DNA from: Spirochaetota bacterium
GTDB taxonomy: Bacteria > Spirochaetota > Spirochaetia > DTKZ01
Length of the DNA: 64,000 nucleotides
Assembly (NCBI GenBank): GCA_026418195.1
Contig: JAOABU010000116.1
Coordinates: 2,977 to 66,976 of the forward strand
Reading direction: 5' to 3'
Position numbers and translations under genes: made by a program. The notes beneath the pieces were generated by a model that saw only the letters and a list, made by a program, of their open reading frames with translations, had not been told where the DNA came from and did not search any database. Positions 1 through 10,035 of the stretch are shown in pieces (position 1 is the stretch's first letter; the number at the start of each line of letters is the position of its first letter).

Positions 1-156
1 TTCGGTTCCCCGATAGGTGATGGATAAAAGGCGCTTTCCCCATCCGAGGGAGAATACTTCAACACCGATTCCCGTAACTTTTGCTGCAATGAAGTGTCCC
101 AACTCGTGAATGAATACTACGATTCCTAAACCAATAAGACCAAACAGGACCTTCAT
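1..156 (-). CDS. rseP: RseP-type site-2 protease (M50 zinc metalloprotease), N-terminal part; gene continues past the window start
   Basis: The reverse complement of 1..156 reads from ATG (154..156) as MKVLFGLIGLGIVVFIHELGHFIAAK..., with a TM helix followed by the HExxH zinc motif typical of RseP N-termini. Its position right after dxr matches the conserved cluster. Confidence 0.7.
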   Translation of the reverse strand, partial: MKVLFGLIGLGIVVFIHELGHFIAAKVTGIGVEVFSLGWGKRLLSITYRGTE

Positions 157-161
157 GGAAC

Positions 162-1301
162 CTACTCTTTCCTCTGCGAAAGGATTGCCTGGGCCACCGA
201 ACGAGCCCGAGCATCGGTATCAAGAACCATCTCAACCCCCTCGATGCTGATAGGCCAATCGCACCATTCAAGGGTTCGATCCACGAGTTGCGGAATCCCA
301 GTGAAGGGAAGATGCCCCTGTAAAAAGGCATCGACCGCTACTTCATTGGCTGCGTTGTAAACCAAGGGATAGGCACCTCCTCTCCGCAATGCATGATAGG
401 CCAGAGGAAGCATGGGGTACTTTTCCCTGTCAGGTTCAAAGAAACTCAACTGTACATTGTATAGGGATAGCTTTTCTATAGAGTTAGACAGGATAGAAGG
501 ATACGTAAGGGCGTTCAGGATGGGGATACGCATGTCAGGTTTCCCGATTTGTGCGTAGAAGTTACCATCCTTTGTTTCCACAAGGCTATGTACATAACTC
601 TGTGGATGAATCACTACATGGATCCGTTCGGGAGGCATTTCGAACAGGTGGTGAGCTTCAATTACTTCCAATCCCTTATTGGCTAAAGAAGCAGAGTCGA
701 TGGTGATTTTTGTCCCCATGTTCCAGGTAGGGTGATTCAATGCGAGGGCTGGAGTGACAGAGGAGAGTTGCTCCTTGGGTAGATCCCGAAATGCACCTCC
801 ACTGGCTGTTAATATAACCGCTTCAATAGAGGTTTTGTCGAACCGGGTAAACAATTGAAATATGGCTGAATGTTCCGAGTCCACAGGTAGAATGGATACC
901 CCTTGTTTCCTTGCTTCTGCGAGGACTAATTCTCCCGCCATCACGAGGGTTTCTTTGTTCGCTAGGGCTAGATGTTTTCCTGTTTGGATGGCCTTCATGG
1001 AAGGTAAAAATCCTGCTGCACCAGATATACCGTTCAACACAATATCCGCGTCCGAATCTTCGATCAAGTGAAGCAACCCCTCTAATCCGTTGTATTCAAT
1101 GCGGGGATCCTTCGAGATAGTTCCACTTAATGCCAAATGAGAAACCCCAAATCGAGTAGCTTGTTCCAAAAGGAGAGATTCGTTCCTATGAGAGGCTAAC
1201 CCTACCACCTGAAAGAACTCCCTTTTCTCTGCCACTACTTCCAAAGCATTGATTCCAATGGAACCCGTGCTGCCTAAAATGAGGATTTTTTTCTGCTTCA
1301 T
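162..1301 (-). CDS. dxr: 1-deoxy-D-xylulose 5-phosphate reductoisomerase
   Basis: 379 aa. N-terminal KKILILGSTGSIG NAD(P)-binding motif, Dxr-length ORF, and the expected position after cdsA/uppS. Confidence 0.9.
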   Translation of the reverse strand: MKQKKILILGSTGSIGINALEVVAEKREFFQVVGLASHRNESLLLEQATRFGVSHLALSGTISKDPRIEYNGLEGLLHLIEDSDADIVLNGISGAAGFLPSMKAIQTGKHLALANKETLVMAGELVLAEARKQGVSILPVDSEHSAIFQLFTRFDKTSIEAVILTASGGAFRDLPKEQLSSVTPALALNHPTWNMGTKITIDSASLANKGLEVIEAHHLFEMPPERIHVVIHPQSYVHSLVETKDGNFYAQIGKPDMRIPILNALTYPSILSNSIEKLSLYNVQLSFFEPDREKYPMLPLAYHALRRGGAYPLVYNAANEVAVDAFLQGHLPFTGIPQLVDRTLEWCDWPISIEGVEMVLDTDARARSVAQAILSQRKE

Positions 1302-1354
1302 TAGTTACAACCCGGATGCACTATGGCATAGGAAAGGAAAAAGTTCAACGGCAA

Positions 1355-2206
1355 CTAGAACTTACCTATAAACCATTGGTAAAGGTAGAAAAACACCGGT
1401 GCATTGAATAGGGGAGAATCGATGGAATCCAACAATCCCCCTCTACCAGGAATCAGAGAACCAGAATCTTTCACTGCAGCAGAACGCTTGATGACCGATT
1501 CGACCAAATCTCCAACGAGAGTGGAGATTCCAATGATACTCCCAAAGAGAAGCGATCTAGAGAGGGAGAAGGGAAAGATCCGTGGGAAAAGGATGGTACT
1601 TATCCCGATCACTAAAATGGAAGCAACGAAACCGAAAACGAATCCTACCAAACTCTTATTGGGACTGACTAGGAGTATATTTCGATTATTCTTTCCGAAG
1701 AGCATTCCAAAGACCCATGCAAAAGAGTCGTTCAGAAAGGTGGAAAGGAGGAAAACCAGCACAAGAATCCCACCCTCTTCGAACTGGGTAAGTCGAACGG
1801 CATAGGAACTGAAAATGCCAGGATAAAAAGAGACAAATGTGTAGGCTGCCATTCGGGGCAAAGAATAGGAAAACGCAGATTCTACTTTCTTTGGGATTTC
1901 GATGGCAAAGAGGATGGATAGGACAAGTACATATAAAGCCAATGAGAAGGAACTCCTCCATCCTCCCAAACCTTCCCCGTATGCTACAAGAGGTCCGAGG
2001 AATCCCAGAAAAAAGGTTACGGGTTTGGATACCTCTATGCCTCGATGCCGGAACATGGAGCCTAATTCTAACGCAGCTACACCCGAAGCGCCCATACAGA
2101 GAAGGGCAAAAGCTCCGTATTGAAAATGGGGGAGAAAAAGGATGATGGATACCAGAATCGGTAAACTTGTAAAGAAGAGGATCAATCGGATGCGCGCATT
2201 ACTCAC
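1355..2206 (-). CDS. cdsA: phosphatidate cytidylyltransferase (CDP-diglyceride synthase), polytopic membrane protein
   Basis: 283 aa, highly hydrophobic. C-terminal CdsA signature SVIKRSAAVKDSGSLIPGRGGLLDSIDS. Placed between uppS and dxr. Confidence 0.85.
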   Translation of the reverse strand: MSNARIRLILFFTSLPILVSIILFLPHFQYGAFALLCMGASGVAALELGSMFRHRGIEVSKPVTFFLGFLGPLVAYGEGLGGWRSSFSLALYVLVLSILFAIEIPKKVESAFSYSLPRMAAYTFVSFYPGIFSSYAVRLTQFEEGGILVLVFLLSTFLNDSFAWVFGMLFGKNNRNILLVSPNKSLVGFVFGFVASILVIGISTILFPRIFPFSLSRSLLFGSIIGISTLVGDLVESVIKRSAAVKDSGSLIPGRGGLLDSIDSPLFNAPVFFYLYQWFIGKF

Positions 2207-2931
2207 GTTACACCACCAAATTTTCTGTTTCGAGATTGGTAATTTAAAAGAGCTTCCAGGAAATCATCAGGAGTAAAATCGGGCCATAACTTAGGAGAAA
2301 AGTATAACTCCGCATAAGCCGATTCCCACAGGAGAAAGTTACTCAGTCGTAATTCTCCTGCAGTCCGTATAATCAGATCTAGATCAGGAATATCAGGGTT
2401 GTCGAGATACTGGGCAATCGAATCTTCGGTCACTTGCTCTGAGGTTAAGTTGGGATTTTTTTGGATCAGCGAACGAACCGCCCGAACGATCTCGTTCTTT
2501 CCTCCATAGTTGATCGCCAGGTTTACCGTAAGTCGTTTATGGGAAGCAGTGTCCTGTATTACGGTGCGAATGTCCTCTTGCACTTCTGGGGGAAGACCCG
2601 ATAGATCTCCGCTGTGACGGATCCGGATTCCATTTTCCCGATAGAAGTCATACTCTCTACGCAGGTGCTGGTGAACCAACCCCATCAAGAAAGAGACCTC
2701 TTCCTGGGCTCTTTTCCAATTTTCTGTGGAAAAGGTATACAACGAGAGGTATTTGATCCCAACATTGGCCGCTGTCTTAACAATGGCCTTTGTTGCCTTT
2801 AACCCTTCCCTGTGTCCAGCAGTTCGATTCAGATTCCGTTGACGGGCCCATCGACCGTTCCCGTCCATGATGATCCCAACATGGATGGGCAACCGTTCTG
2901 GAATTAGAGTTCTTGATGCAGAATCCGGCAT
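2203..2931 (-). CDS. uppS: undecaprenyl diphosphate synthase (cis-prenyltransferase)
   Basis: 242 aa. HVGIIMDGNGRWA and ...RTAGELRLSNFLLWESAYAELYF motifs of the UppS family. Overlaps the cdsA start by 4 nt. Confidence 0.9.
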   Translation of the reverse strand: MPDSASRTLIPERLPIHVGIIMDGNGRWARQRNLNRTAGHREGLKATKAIVKTAANVGIKYLSLYTFSTENWKRAQEEVSFLMGLVHQHLRREYDFYRENGIRIRHSGDLSGLPPEVQEDIRTVIQDTASHKRLTVNLAINYGGKNEIVRAVRSLIQKNPNLTSEQVTEDSIAQYLDNPDIPDLDLIIRTAGELRLSNFLLWESAYAELYFSPKLWPDFTPDDFLEALLNYQSRNRKFGGVT

Positions 2932-3486
2932 TCAGACTTCCATTATCTCTTTTTCTTTTGCCTCAAGCTCTTTGTTTATCTCCATCATGAACCGATCGGT
3001 AATTTTCTGAATTTCATCCTGCATCTTTTTTTCTTGATCTTCTGTGATTTCTCCGTTCTTTAGAGCCTTCTTTACCTCATCCATCGCATCCCGTCGAATA
3101 TTTCTGCAAGCTACCCGGCATTGTTCAGCCATGTTTTTAGCTAATTTTACTAGTTCTTTCCTTCGCGCTTCCGATAGAGGAGGGATATTGATACGAATCA
3201 CCTTGCCATCGTTAGAAGGATTGACGGATAGCTCAGACATCTGAATCGCTTTTTCGATTTCCCCCAGAAGAGCTTTATCCCAAGGTTGAATTACCACAAG
3301 TCGAGCTTCTGGAACGGAGATAGTAGCTACCTGATTCAAGGGTGTTTTTTGTCCATAGTAATCTACCCGAATTTTATCGAACAGAGCGGGTGAAGCCCGC
3401 CCTGTCCGTAACGTGTTGAACTCTTCCTGGAGGGAACGGAGAGATTTTTTCATCCGTTCTTCGGCTTGGGAAGTGATTTTCTCCAT
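2932..3486 (-). CDS. frr: ribosome recycling factor
   Basis: 184 aa, RRF length, charged helical composition. Sits in the tsf-frr-uppS context. Confidence 0.9.
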   Translation of the reverse strand: MEKITSQAEERMKKSLRSLQEEFNTLRTGRASPALFDKIRVDYYGQKTPLNQVATISVPEARLVVIQPWDKALLGEIEKAIQMSELSVNPSNDGKVIRINIPPLSEARRKELVKLAKNMAEQCRVACRNIRRDAMDEVKKALKNGEITEDQEKKMQDEIQKITDRFMMEINKELEAKEKEIMEV

Positions 3487-3498
3487 ACTGGTTACTCC

Positions 3499-4344
3499 CT
3501 ATTTAAGATCCTCTCCAACCCGATAGTACAGGAATTGGACGATGTTGATGGTGCCCCCTACCTCTTTTCCCACATCCTGGGCAACCTTTAAGACGGATCG
3601 CTTATCATCCCGAACAAAAGGTTGATCCAATAGGCACACTTCAGCGAAGTGCTTCTTCAACTTCCCCTTTACGATTCCCTGTAGCACGTTGGCAGGCTTC
3701 CCCAAGCTTTCCGCTTGCTTCATGAAGATTTCCTCCTGCTCTTTGAGGTATTCTGGAGGAATCGACTCCTCGGATAGAAATTGGGGACTGAAGGCTGCTA
3801 CATGGAGAGCGCAATCAAACACGAAAGCACGTACTTTTTCGTTTTTAAGGAGTTCTGGTTTGTCCACTTTCGCCTTTACAAGGACACCGATTCTTCCTTC
3901 CCCATGGACATACTCCACGATGAGTTCATCGGGCGCAGCGCTGATTACATCGGATCTCCGCAGAATCATGTTTTCCTTGATCGTACTGATGAGAGTGGTA
4001 ATCTTTTCGGTAATTTCATTCGATTGGGGCGATACTCCTTTGTCCACGATGAGAGAAAGGATCTCGTTTCCTAACCGAATGAACTCCTGATTCCTTGCTA
4101 CGAAATCGGTCTCACAGGTCAGTTCCAGGATCCCTGCTTTGGATCCGGAAATTTTTGTAAAAATCCTTCCTTCCTTGGTGATGCGACCTACTCGTTTAGC
4201 CGCACTAGCGGCTCCAATTTCCTTCAAGATTTTTTCTGCTTTCTTGAAGTCACCCCCTGCCTCTGTTAGGGCCTTCTTGCAGTCCATCATTCCGGCTCCT
4301 GTTTTTTCTCGGAGCGCTTTTACGTCTTCTGCTCTGATTTCCAC
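3499..4344 (-). CDS. tsf: translation elongation factor Ts
   Basis: 281 aa. N-terminal UBA-like VKALREKTGAGMMDCKKAL motif characteristic of EF-Ts. Confidence 0.9.
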   Translation of the reverse strand: MEIRAEDVKALREKTGAGMMDCKKALTEAGGDFKKAEKILKEIGAASAAKRVGRITKEGRIFTKISGSKAGILELTCETDFVARNQEFIRLGNEILSLIVDKGVSPQSNEITEKITTLISTIKENMILRRSDVISAAPDELIVEYVHGEGRIGVLVKAKVDKPELLKNEKVRAFVFDCALHVAAFSPQFLSEESIPPEYLKEQEEIFMKQAESLGKPANVLQGIVKGKLKKHFAEVCLLDQPFVRDDKRSVLKVAQDVGKEVGGTINIVQFLYYRVGEDLK

Positions 4345-4371
4345 GGTTCTTCTCCTATTTATGTGTATCCA

Positions 4372-5316
4372 TCATTCTTCGTACAGTTTGTCTTCGTCGA
4401 TTCCAGCTTTAGCCGCAACATCTTCTTCCTCGGGAGGAGCTTCTCGCTCTTCCGGTGTATAGTTTGAATAGTCTTCAGTTGTGAAACCCTCTTCCTCTTC
4501 TGCGGCTACCCCTGTACGTACGGCCAGAGGAATCCGTTCTTGCTCTTCGTCTTCGGAATAGCGAGCCCGAACAGCCTCTTCGTCGATGATGGGTTCTTCG
4601 TCTTCTTGATAAGATTCGATCACTTCTAGACCAATTTCATTATCCGCTTCGATTACCGCGTTAGATATGATCTGGGTGAATAAAGTGATGGAACGAATGG
4701 CATCATCATTCCCGGGAATGGGGTAGTCTATTCCTTCGGGGTTGCAGTTAGTGTCCACTACTGCTACGATTGGGATTTTCATTCGCTGAGCTTCTGCAAC
4801 GGCAATGGCTTCTTTCCGCGTGTCAATGATAAAAATGATCCCTGGAAGTTCCTTCATGTCCTTGATACCACCCAGGGTCTTCTCCAGTCTAGCCTTTTCT
4901 TTCATGAGAGCGGCTACTTCTTTCTTCGTCATCCCTTCGAAGCTGCCGTCTACTTCCATCTTCTCCAGCTTCTTTAATCGGAGTAAGGATTTCTTGATTG
5001 TGGCAAAGTTGGTAAGCATCCCTCCCAACCAGCGGTTATTCACGTAGAACATACCACAACGTTCCGCTTCCCTCTGGATGGCTCCCTGGGCTTGCTTTTT
5101 GGTACCTACAAATAGAACAGACTTTCCTTCTAGTACTGTCTTCCGCACCGCTTCGTAGGCTTCTTTGATTGCTGCGATGGTTTTTTGAAGATCGATGATG
5201 TGGATCCCATTCCGTTCAGCGAAGATAAACTTCTTCATACGGGGATCCCAGCGCTTGGTCTGATGCCCGAAATGCACTCCAGACTCAAGCAAATTTTTCA
5301 TGGTAACTACTGCCAA
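4372..5316 (-). CDS. rpsB: 30S ribosomal protein S2 with an acidic C-terminal extension of about 75 aa
   Basis: 314 aa. The S2 core ([13 protein letters not shown]..., [24 protein letters not shown]) is followed by a Glu/Asp-rich tail. An RBS complement (cctcct) lies at 5328..5333. Confidence 0.9.
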   Translation of the reverse strand: MAVVTMKNLLESGVHFGHQTKRWDPRMKKFIFAERNGIHIIDLQKTIAAIKEAYEAVRKTVLEGKSVLFVGTKKQAQGAIQREAERCGMFYVNNRWLGGMLTNFATIKKSLLRLKKLEKMEVDGSFEGMTKKEVAALMKEKARLEKTLGGIKDMKELPGIIFIIDTRKEAIAVAEAQRMKIPIVAVVDTNCNPEGIDYPIPGNDDAIRSITLFTQIISNAVIEADNEIGLEVIESYQEDEEPIIDEEAVRARYSEDEEQERIPLAVRTGVAAEEEEGFTTEDYSNYTPEEREAPPEEEDVAAKAGIDEDKLYEE

Positions 5317-5390
5317 GTGTTCCTCCTCTACCCATACGTTTCGTATGGTCCTTCTCTAATTCTCGTTCGGATGATACCGACGGAAGATTT

Positions 5391-5987
5391 CTATCCATAG
5401 AACGGATAGTTGTTTCGCTTCAAGATGACATAAATCGAGCGAATTGGCAAGCCCATCACTGTGCTATAGTTGCCCCGGAGGGTTTCAACGAAACATGCAG
5501 CCCGTTGTTGGATCCGGTACCCTCCCGCAACACCTTGCCATTCCCCTGTATTGAGGTACCATCGAATCTCTTCCTCATCTAATGAGGAGAATCGAACCCA
5601 TGCAGTTTCCGAGGTGTAATCGTATCGATTCGTGTGTCGATCGAACAAAGCAACCCCTGTGATTACCCGATGGGACTTCCCCGATAGTAATCTTAAGAAC
5701 GTCTCGGCCTCTTCCCGATTTTTCGGTTTGCCAAGAATCCGTTTCCCACAGAGAACAAGGGTATCCGCACCGATGAACCACCGGGATCCTCTCACTAGGC
5801 GTTTCGTCAATATACTTTCGATCTTTCTTTTAGCTAGCGTACAGGCGAACTCATGGATATCTTCGGATCCATCCCAACTTTCATCGATCTCTTCCGCACA
5901 TACAATGAAGGGAATGCCCATTTGTTTGAGGAGTTCCTGACGTCTTGGGGAAGAGGAGGCAAGTACGACTGTATCCATGACGAGCAT
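5391..5987 (-). CDS. maf: Maf-like nucleoside triphosphate pyrophosphatase (septum formation protein Maf)
   Basis: Maf N-terminal motif VVLASSSPRRQELL. Start trimmed to the ATG at 5985..5987 (MLVMDTVVLASSSPRR); the ORF-track extension upstream is hydrophobic junk. An ATG at 5978 is an alternative start. Confidence 0.8.
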   Translation of the reverse strand: MLVMDTVVLASSSPRRQELLKQMGIPFIVCAEEIDESWDGSEDIHEFACTLAKRKIESILTKRLVRGSRWFIGADTLVLCGKRILGKPKNREEAETFLRLLSGKSHRVITGVALFDRHTNRYDYTSETAWVRFSSLDEEEIRWYLNTGEWQGVAGGYRIQQRAACFVETLRGNYSTVMGLPIRSIYVILKRNNYPFYG

Positions 5988-6042
5988 TGTACTGAAAGTG
6001 TAACAAATGGTACAGAAGGGAACTGTGCTTGTTCGGTAAAGT

Positions 6043-6843
6043 GTGGGTAATAAGAAGGAGAAGACGAATATGAAACGAATGATTGTAGAAATCGATGAAT
6101 CTCTTTGTAATGGATGCGGACTCTGCATCCCGAATTGCGCTGAGGGGGCCTTAAAGATTGTGGATGGAAAAGCAAGAATTGTCAGTGACCTATTCTGTGA
6201 CGGGCTAGGTGCCTGTATAGGACATTGTCCCCTAAATGCGATTCGAGTGGTAGAGAGGGAAGCGGAACCCTACGATGAATGGAGGGTAATGGAACGGGTA
6301 GTAAAGTCTGGGCCGTCTTTGATAAAAGAACATCTTAGGCACCTGTCAGAGCATGGACAACAAGAGTACCTCCGACAAGCTAAAGAGTTCCTTACGTTGT
6401 TCGGATATGAAGTTCCTCCTTTAGAGGAAACAAAGGAAACGCAGTCAAGAATTGAGCAGCCTCCTCTAAACCATCAGTGGCCTGTACAGCTTCATCTGGT
6501 GAATCCTGCCTCACCAACTTTTAAGAATGCTGACTTATTATTGGCGGCTGATTGCACGGCTTTCGTAGCAGAAGGTTTCCATAGAGACTTTCGAATAGGT
6601 AGAGTACTGGCGGTGGCTTGTCCTAAACTCGATTCTGGACAGGAGAGATACATAGAAAAAATTGTACAGTTCGTGGATCAAGCGATGATCCGTTCTATTA
6701 CTGTTCTCATCATGGAAGTGCCCTGCTGTGGTGGCCTCGTACGATTCGTTCAAGAGGCTTTAAGCAGAACTTCCAGGCAAATTCCCCTGAAAGTACAGGT
6801 GTTAAGTATCGATGGCAGCCTGATCCAGGAAGAAAATCTCTGA
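6043..6843 (+). CDS. 4Fe-4S dicluster ferredoxin-domain protein with a Cys-containing C-terminal domain
   Basis: 266 aa. Two CxxCxxCxxxCP-type cluster motifs (CNGCGLCIPNC, CDGLGACIGHCP), then a roughly 190-aa domain with ACPKLD...VPCCGG cysteines that may be FrhB/FdhB-C-like. Confidence 0.6.
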   Translation: MGNKKEKTNMKRMIVEIDESLCNGCGLCIPNCAEGALKIVDGKARIVSDLFCDGLGACIGHCPLNAIRVVEREAEPYDEWRVMERVVKSGPSLIKEHLRHLSEHGQQEYLRQAKEFLTLFGYEVPPLEETKETQSRIEQPPLNHQWPVQLHLVNPASPTFKNADLLLAADCTAFVAEGFHRDFRIGRVLAVACPKLDSGQERYIEKIVQFVDQAMIRSITVLIMEVPCCGGLVRFVQEALSRTSRQIPLKVQVLSIDGSLIQEENL

Positions 6844-6914
6844 AGTTTTATAGGGTAGATTGTTTTCCCCATGAGGAAAGGGTATACTTATACTGATAAA
6901 GGAGGTAAATTGAT

Positions 6915-7442
6915 ATGAAGAACTTTTTCAAATGGGGGGGGATCGTTCTCCTATTCTCTGGATTCTTTGTTTCCTGTGCTTCCGTTTCTTCCAAGCTTCC
7001 GGGTATTCCCCTTACCTCAGGGGTAAGTCTTCAACCTCAAGCAATTACAGGCGGGGTGGATTTTCGGGATGGGGAGGTCCTCTGTGCCACAGGTACGGAT
7101 CCGTATAAAGCCGATTTCTATCTAGCCCGAATCGTTACCCAAGCATCACCATCCACTAAGAATCAGGCCGAGGTGGTGTATGTTCGAGACGGTAAGAAGG
7201 AATGGGTCAATTTCGTATTTCCTAGTCGTAAAGCTACGAAACAGGATCTAGGGGTAGGGAAGGTTCTTTTTGTTCCGGTCTGGCATCGCGAACAGAAAGA
7301 GATAAGCGATGAAGATTACCGAAAGGGACAATGGGAACTGGGTAGGGTTACCTCAGTGGATGATCTATTTAAGGATATCGTCGAGGTCAATGGGTTAAAA
7401 TACTACTGGCAATATCTTCGAGTCCCTGAACAGGTACCTTAG
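6915..7442 (+). CDS. putative lipoprotein, unknown function
   Basis: 175 aa. Signal peptide ending in a lipobox-like FFVSC (Cys at about residue 21). RBS AAAGGAGG lies 7 nt upstream. Confidence 0.5.
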   Translation: MKNFFKWGGIVLLFSGFFVSCASVSSKLPGIPLTSGVSLQPQAITGGVDFRDGEVLCATGTDPYKADFYLARIVTQASPSTKNQAEVVYVRDGKKEWVNFVFPSRKATKQDLGVGKVLFVPVWHREQKEISDEDYRKGQWELGRVTSVDDLFKDIVEVNGLKYYWQYLRVPEQVP

Positions 7443-7491
7443 ATCTTTTAAACAGGACTATATAGATCCATGCCAGGGACTCATGGAATAG

Positions 7492-7507
7492 GGGGCAGCC
7501 GCCCCCT
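7492..7507. terminator. GC-rich hairpin between convergent genes, a possible bidirectional terminator
   Basis: GGGGGC-AGCC-GCCCCC perfect 6-bp GC stem in the 100-nt gap between the convergent lipoprotein (+) and E1 (-) genes. It is flanked by short T/A-rich runs. Confidence 0.35.
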
Positions 7508-7542
7508 AGGTGAATCTATTTACCTTGTGGAATCTCTATACA

Positions 7543-9999
7543 TTACACTCCGGCGCGATCCCTTCTGTGCAGTTCCTCCAGGGTTTGGTTAGTTGTTGGT
7601 CGATAATCCTTCAGAGGAAGGATTCGTTCATGAATAGCATCGAGGATCCATTCTTTTTGGGGAAAAAAGTACTGTTCCATCTCATAAGCCGGTGTAATCC
7701 AATTACGGGAGCCTACAATTACCGGAGGTGCATCGAGGGAATCGAAAACGGTCTCGGTGATGCGAGATGCCATGGTATGAAGGAAACTGCCTCGTTCACA
7801 GGCATCGGAAGTAAGAAGTACTTTTCCAGTTTTTTGCACTGATTCATAGATCTTTTCATAGTTAAGTGGGTTAAGGAAGCGGGTATCGATCACTTCTGCT
7901 TCGATACCGAACCGGTGAGAAAGCTCCTCTACCGCTTCCAGTGCCCGATAAAGGGTAGCCCCAATCGTTATGATTGTAAGATCTTTTCCCTTCTTTCGTA
8001 GGGCTGGTTCTCCTTCAGGGACCTCATAGTACCCTTCCGGAACACCGCCTGGTTCGAAGAGTTCACCTATGTCGTACAACCTCTGGCTTTCAAAGAACAC
8101 CACAGGATCGCTTCCGTTCAGGGCTAGATTCATCATCCCCTTTGCATCGTAGGGAGTAGCAGGAAACATCACTTTTAATCCCGGAATATGGGCAACGATG
8201 CTAGACCAATCCTGTGAATGCTGGGCTCCGTACTTGCTTCCTACCGAGACCCGGAGGACTAAAGGCATTCGGAGAATACCAGCAGACATGCTCTGCCATT
8301 TTGACATTTGATTGAAAATCTCATCCCCTGCTCGTCCCATGAAATCACAGTACATCAGTTCAATGAGAGCTCGTCCCCCTGAAAGGGCATACCCTACGCC
8401 GGCTCCTACAATGGCTCCTTCGGAAATAGGCGTGTTGAACAGCCTAGGATAGGGGAGACATTCGGTTAGTCCCTGGTACACTCCAAACGCACCTCCCCAG
8501 TCGCGGTTCTCTTCCCCGAACGCCACGAGGGTGGGATCCCGATAGAATGCGTCCAGGATCGCTTCGAAAAGAGCTTCCCGGAAGGATAGAACTTTCATTT
8601 TCGGAAGGGGTTTCCCCTGGGCGTCAATAGCAGATCTGGATTTGGACTGTATCTTTTTCAATCGGGGATTCTCTTCTTTGGCGAGGAGGACGTCAGGTTT
8701 CCTGGAATCCCAGGCTGGAATTTTTAGGTTGGAAAACATCACTTTGCCAATGAACTCTGCATTACACCGCGGGGATTTAGAGAGGGGTACCACCAGTTGT
8801 ACCGTTTTTCGGATCTTTTCAATCACCTTACTGCCCATGGATTCTATCTCTTGGGCTGAGACAACCCTGTGTTGCTTAAGGTATTCCTGATAAGCTCGAA
8901 TACAATCTTCTCCTTCCCAGAGCTGAATCTCTTCTCGGGTGCGGTAACTAGATGCATCCGAAGGACTATGGCCAGAGAGGCGATATGTGATGGTATCTAG
9001 CAGCACAGGACCTTTGCCTTCTTCCAAAATTTTTCTTTTCCGTAGGATTGCATCGGCCACTGCGAGGGGATTGTATCCATCTACCCGTTCAGCATGCATA
9101 TTCTCTGGATTTACCCCTGCTCCTACGCGGGCCAGAATTTTAAATCCCATGGTCTCTCCATAGGTCTGACCCCCCATTCCATAGAAATTGTTAAAGAAGT
9201 TGAATAGGACCGGTGGAGCGCCTCCTGTTTCTTTGGGCCATAGAGTCCGATACTGATCCATGGCAGCCACCATCATTCCCTCCCATACTGGACCGCATCC
9301 CATCGAGGCATCTCCAATGTTTGCGATAACGATTCCCGGTTTCTGATTGATTCGTTTGAACAGGGCGGCCCCTACTGCAATATCGGCCGATCCTCCTACG
9401 ATCGCATTATTGGGCATGCTTCCAAAGGGGATGAAGAAGGCATGCATCGATCCCCCTAATCCCTTATTCACCCCGGTTTCCCTAGCAAAGATCTCTGCTA
9501 GCACTGCGTATAGGATAAAGTTCTCTGCTAGGTCCTTTGTATTTGTATAAGGTTCTTGTTCTACGACCCGTAGAATGGCCCCATCGAAATAGGATTTCAT
9601 CGTTCCTTCCAATTGCTGGTCTGACAGTTTCTCGATGGCTGAAAAGCATTTCGCAAGGATTTCACCATGACTGCGATGGCTGCCAAAAATAAAATCCACG
9701 GGGGAAAGGTTTACACATTGCCCCACTGCAGCAGATTCCTGCCCAATGGATAGATGAGCAGGTCCCGGGTGGTTGTACTCTACTTCGTAGTATTTCCCCT
9801 TGGTCTTGAACTCATTCAGCATGGTCTCGAATTCCCGGATGACCAGCATGTGATAAAGGATCTTCTTCAATCCTTCATTCCCATAAAGGTTCTTCTCTGC
9901 TTGGATATCCGGAGTGTATTGATTTAGGGGAATGTGTTCGATGGCAAGAATCCCTTTTCTTCGAACTTCTTTTGGATCAATAAGTATAGACTTAGGCAT
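7543..9999 (-). CDS. 2-oxo-acid dehydrogenase E1 component, fused alpha (TPP-binding) and beta (transketolase-like) subunits
   Basis: 818 aa. The N-terminal half carries E1-alpha features (IREFE..., GGSMHAF.., [22 protein letters not shown]). A Lys/Pro-rich linker is followed by an E1-beta-like half ending with transketolase C-terminal-like sequence. Confidence 0.85.
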   Translation of the reverse strand: MPKSILIDPKEVRRKGILAIEHIPLNQYTPDIQAEKNLYGNEGLKKILYHMLVIREFETMLNEFKTKGKYYEVEYNHPGPAHLSIGQESAAVGQCVNLSPVDFIFGSHRSHGEILAKCFSAIEKLSDQQLEGTMKSYFDGAILRVVEQEPYTNTKDLAENFILYAVLAEIFARETGVNKGLGGSMHAFFIPFGSMPNNAIVGGSADIAVGAALFKRINQKPGIVIANIGDASMGCGPVWEGMMVAAMDQYRTLWPKETGGAPPVLFNFFNNFYGMGGQTYGETMGFKILARVGAGVNPENMHAERVDGYNPLAVADAILRKRKILEEGKGPVLLDTITYRLSGHSPSDASSYRTREEIQLWEGEDCIRAYQEYLKQHRVVSAQEIESMGSKVIEKIRKTVQLVVPLSKSPRCNAEFIGKVMFSNLKIPAWDSRKPDVLLAKEENPRLKKIQSKSRSAIDAQGKPLPKMKVLSFREALFEAILDAFYRDPTLVAFGEENRDWGGAFGVYQGLTECLPYPRLFNTPISEGAIVGAGVGYALSGGRALIELMYCDFMGRAGDEIFNQMSKWQSMSAGILRMPLVLRVSVGSKYGAQHSQDWSSIVAHIPGLKVMFPATPYDAKGMMNLALNGSDPVVFFESQRLYDIGELFEPGGVPEGYYEVPEGEPALRKKGKDLTIITIGATLYRALEAVEELSHRFGIEAEVIDTRFLNPLNYEKIYESVQKTGKVLLTSDACERGSFLHTMASRITETVFDSLDAPPVIVGSRNWITPAYEMEQYFFPQKEWILDAIHERILPLKDYRPTTNQTLEELHRRDRAGV

Positions 10000-10035
10000 A
10001 GGGTACCTCTCTTTCCTGAAGTTCTAATAGGTGTC

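Noticed and set aside
59-331. 90-aa minus-strand ORF overlapping the 3' end of dxr
   Set aside because: It lies in an alternative frame, fully inside the well-supported dxr/rseP region, and has arbitrary composition. The real downstream gene is rseP in another frame (1..156).
2932-4344. No pyrH (UMP kinase) between tsf and frr, unlike the common rpsB-tsf-pyrH-frr arrangement
   Set aside because: tsf ends at 3499 and frr starts at 3486, so there is no room and no degraded remnant. The pyrH-less order, followed by uppS-cdsA-(dxr)-rseP, is the arrangement I recall for spirochaete genomes, so this is lineage-typical rather than a deletion event.
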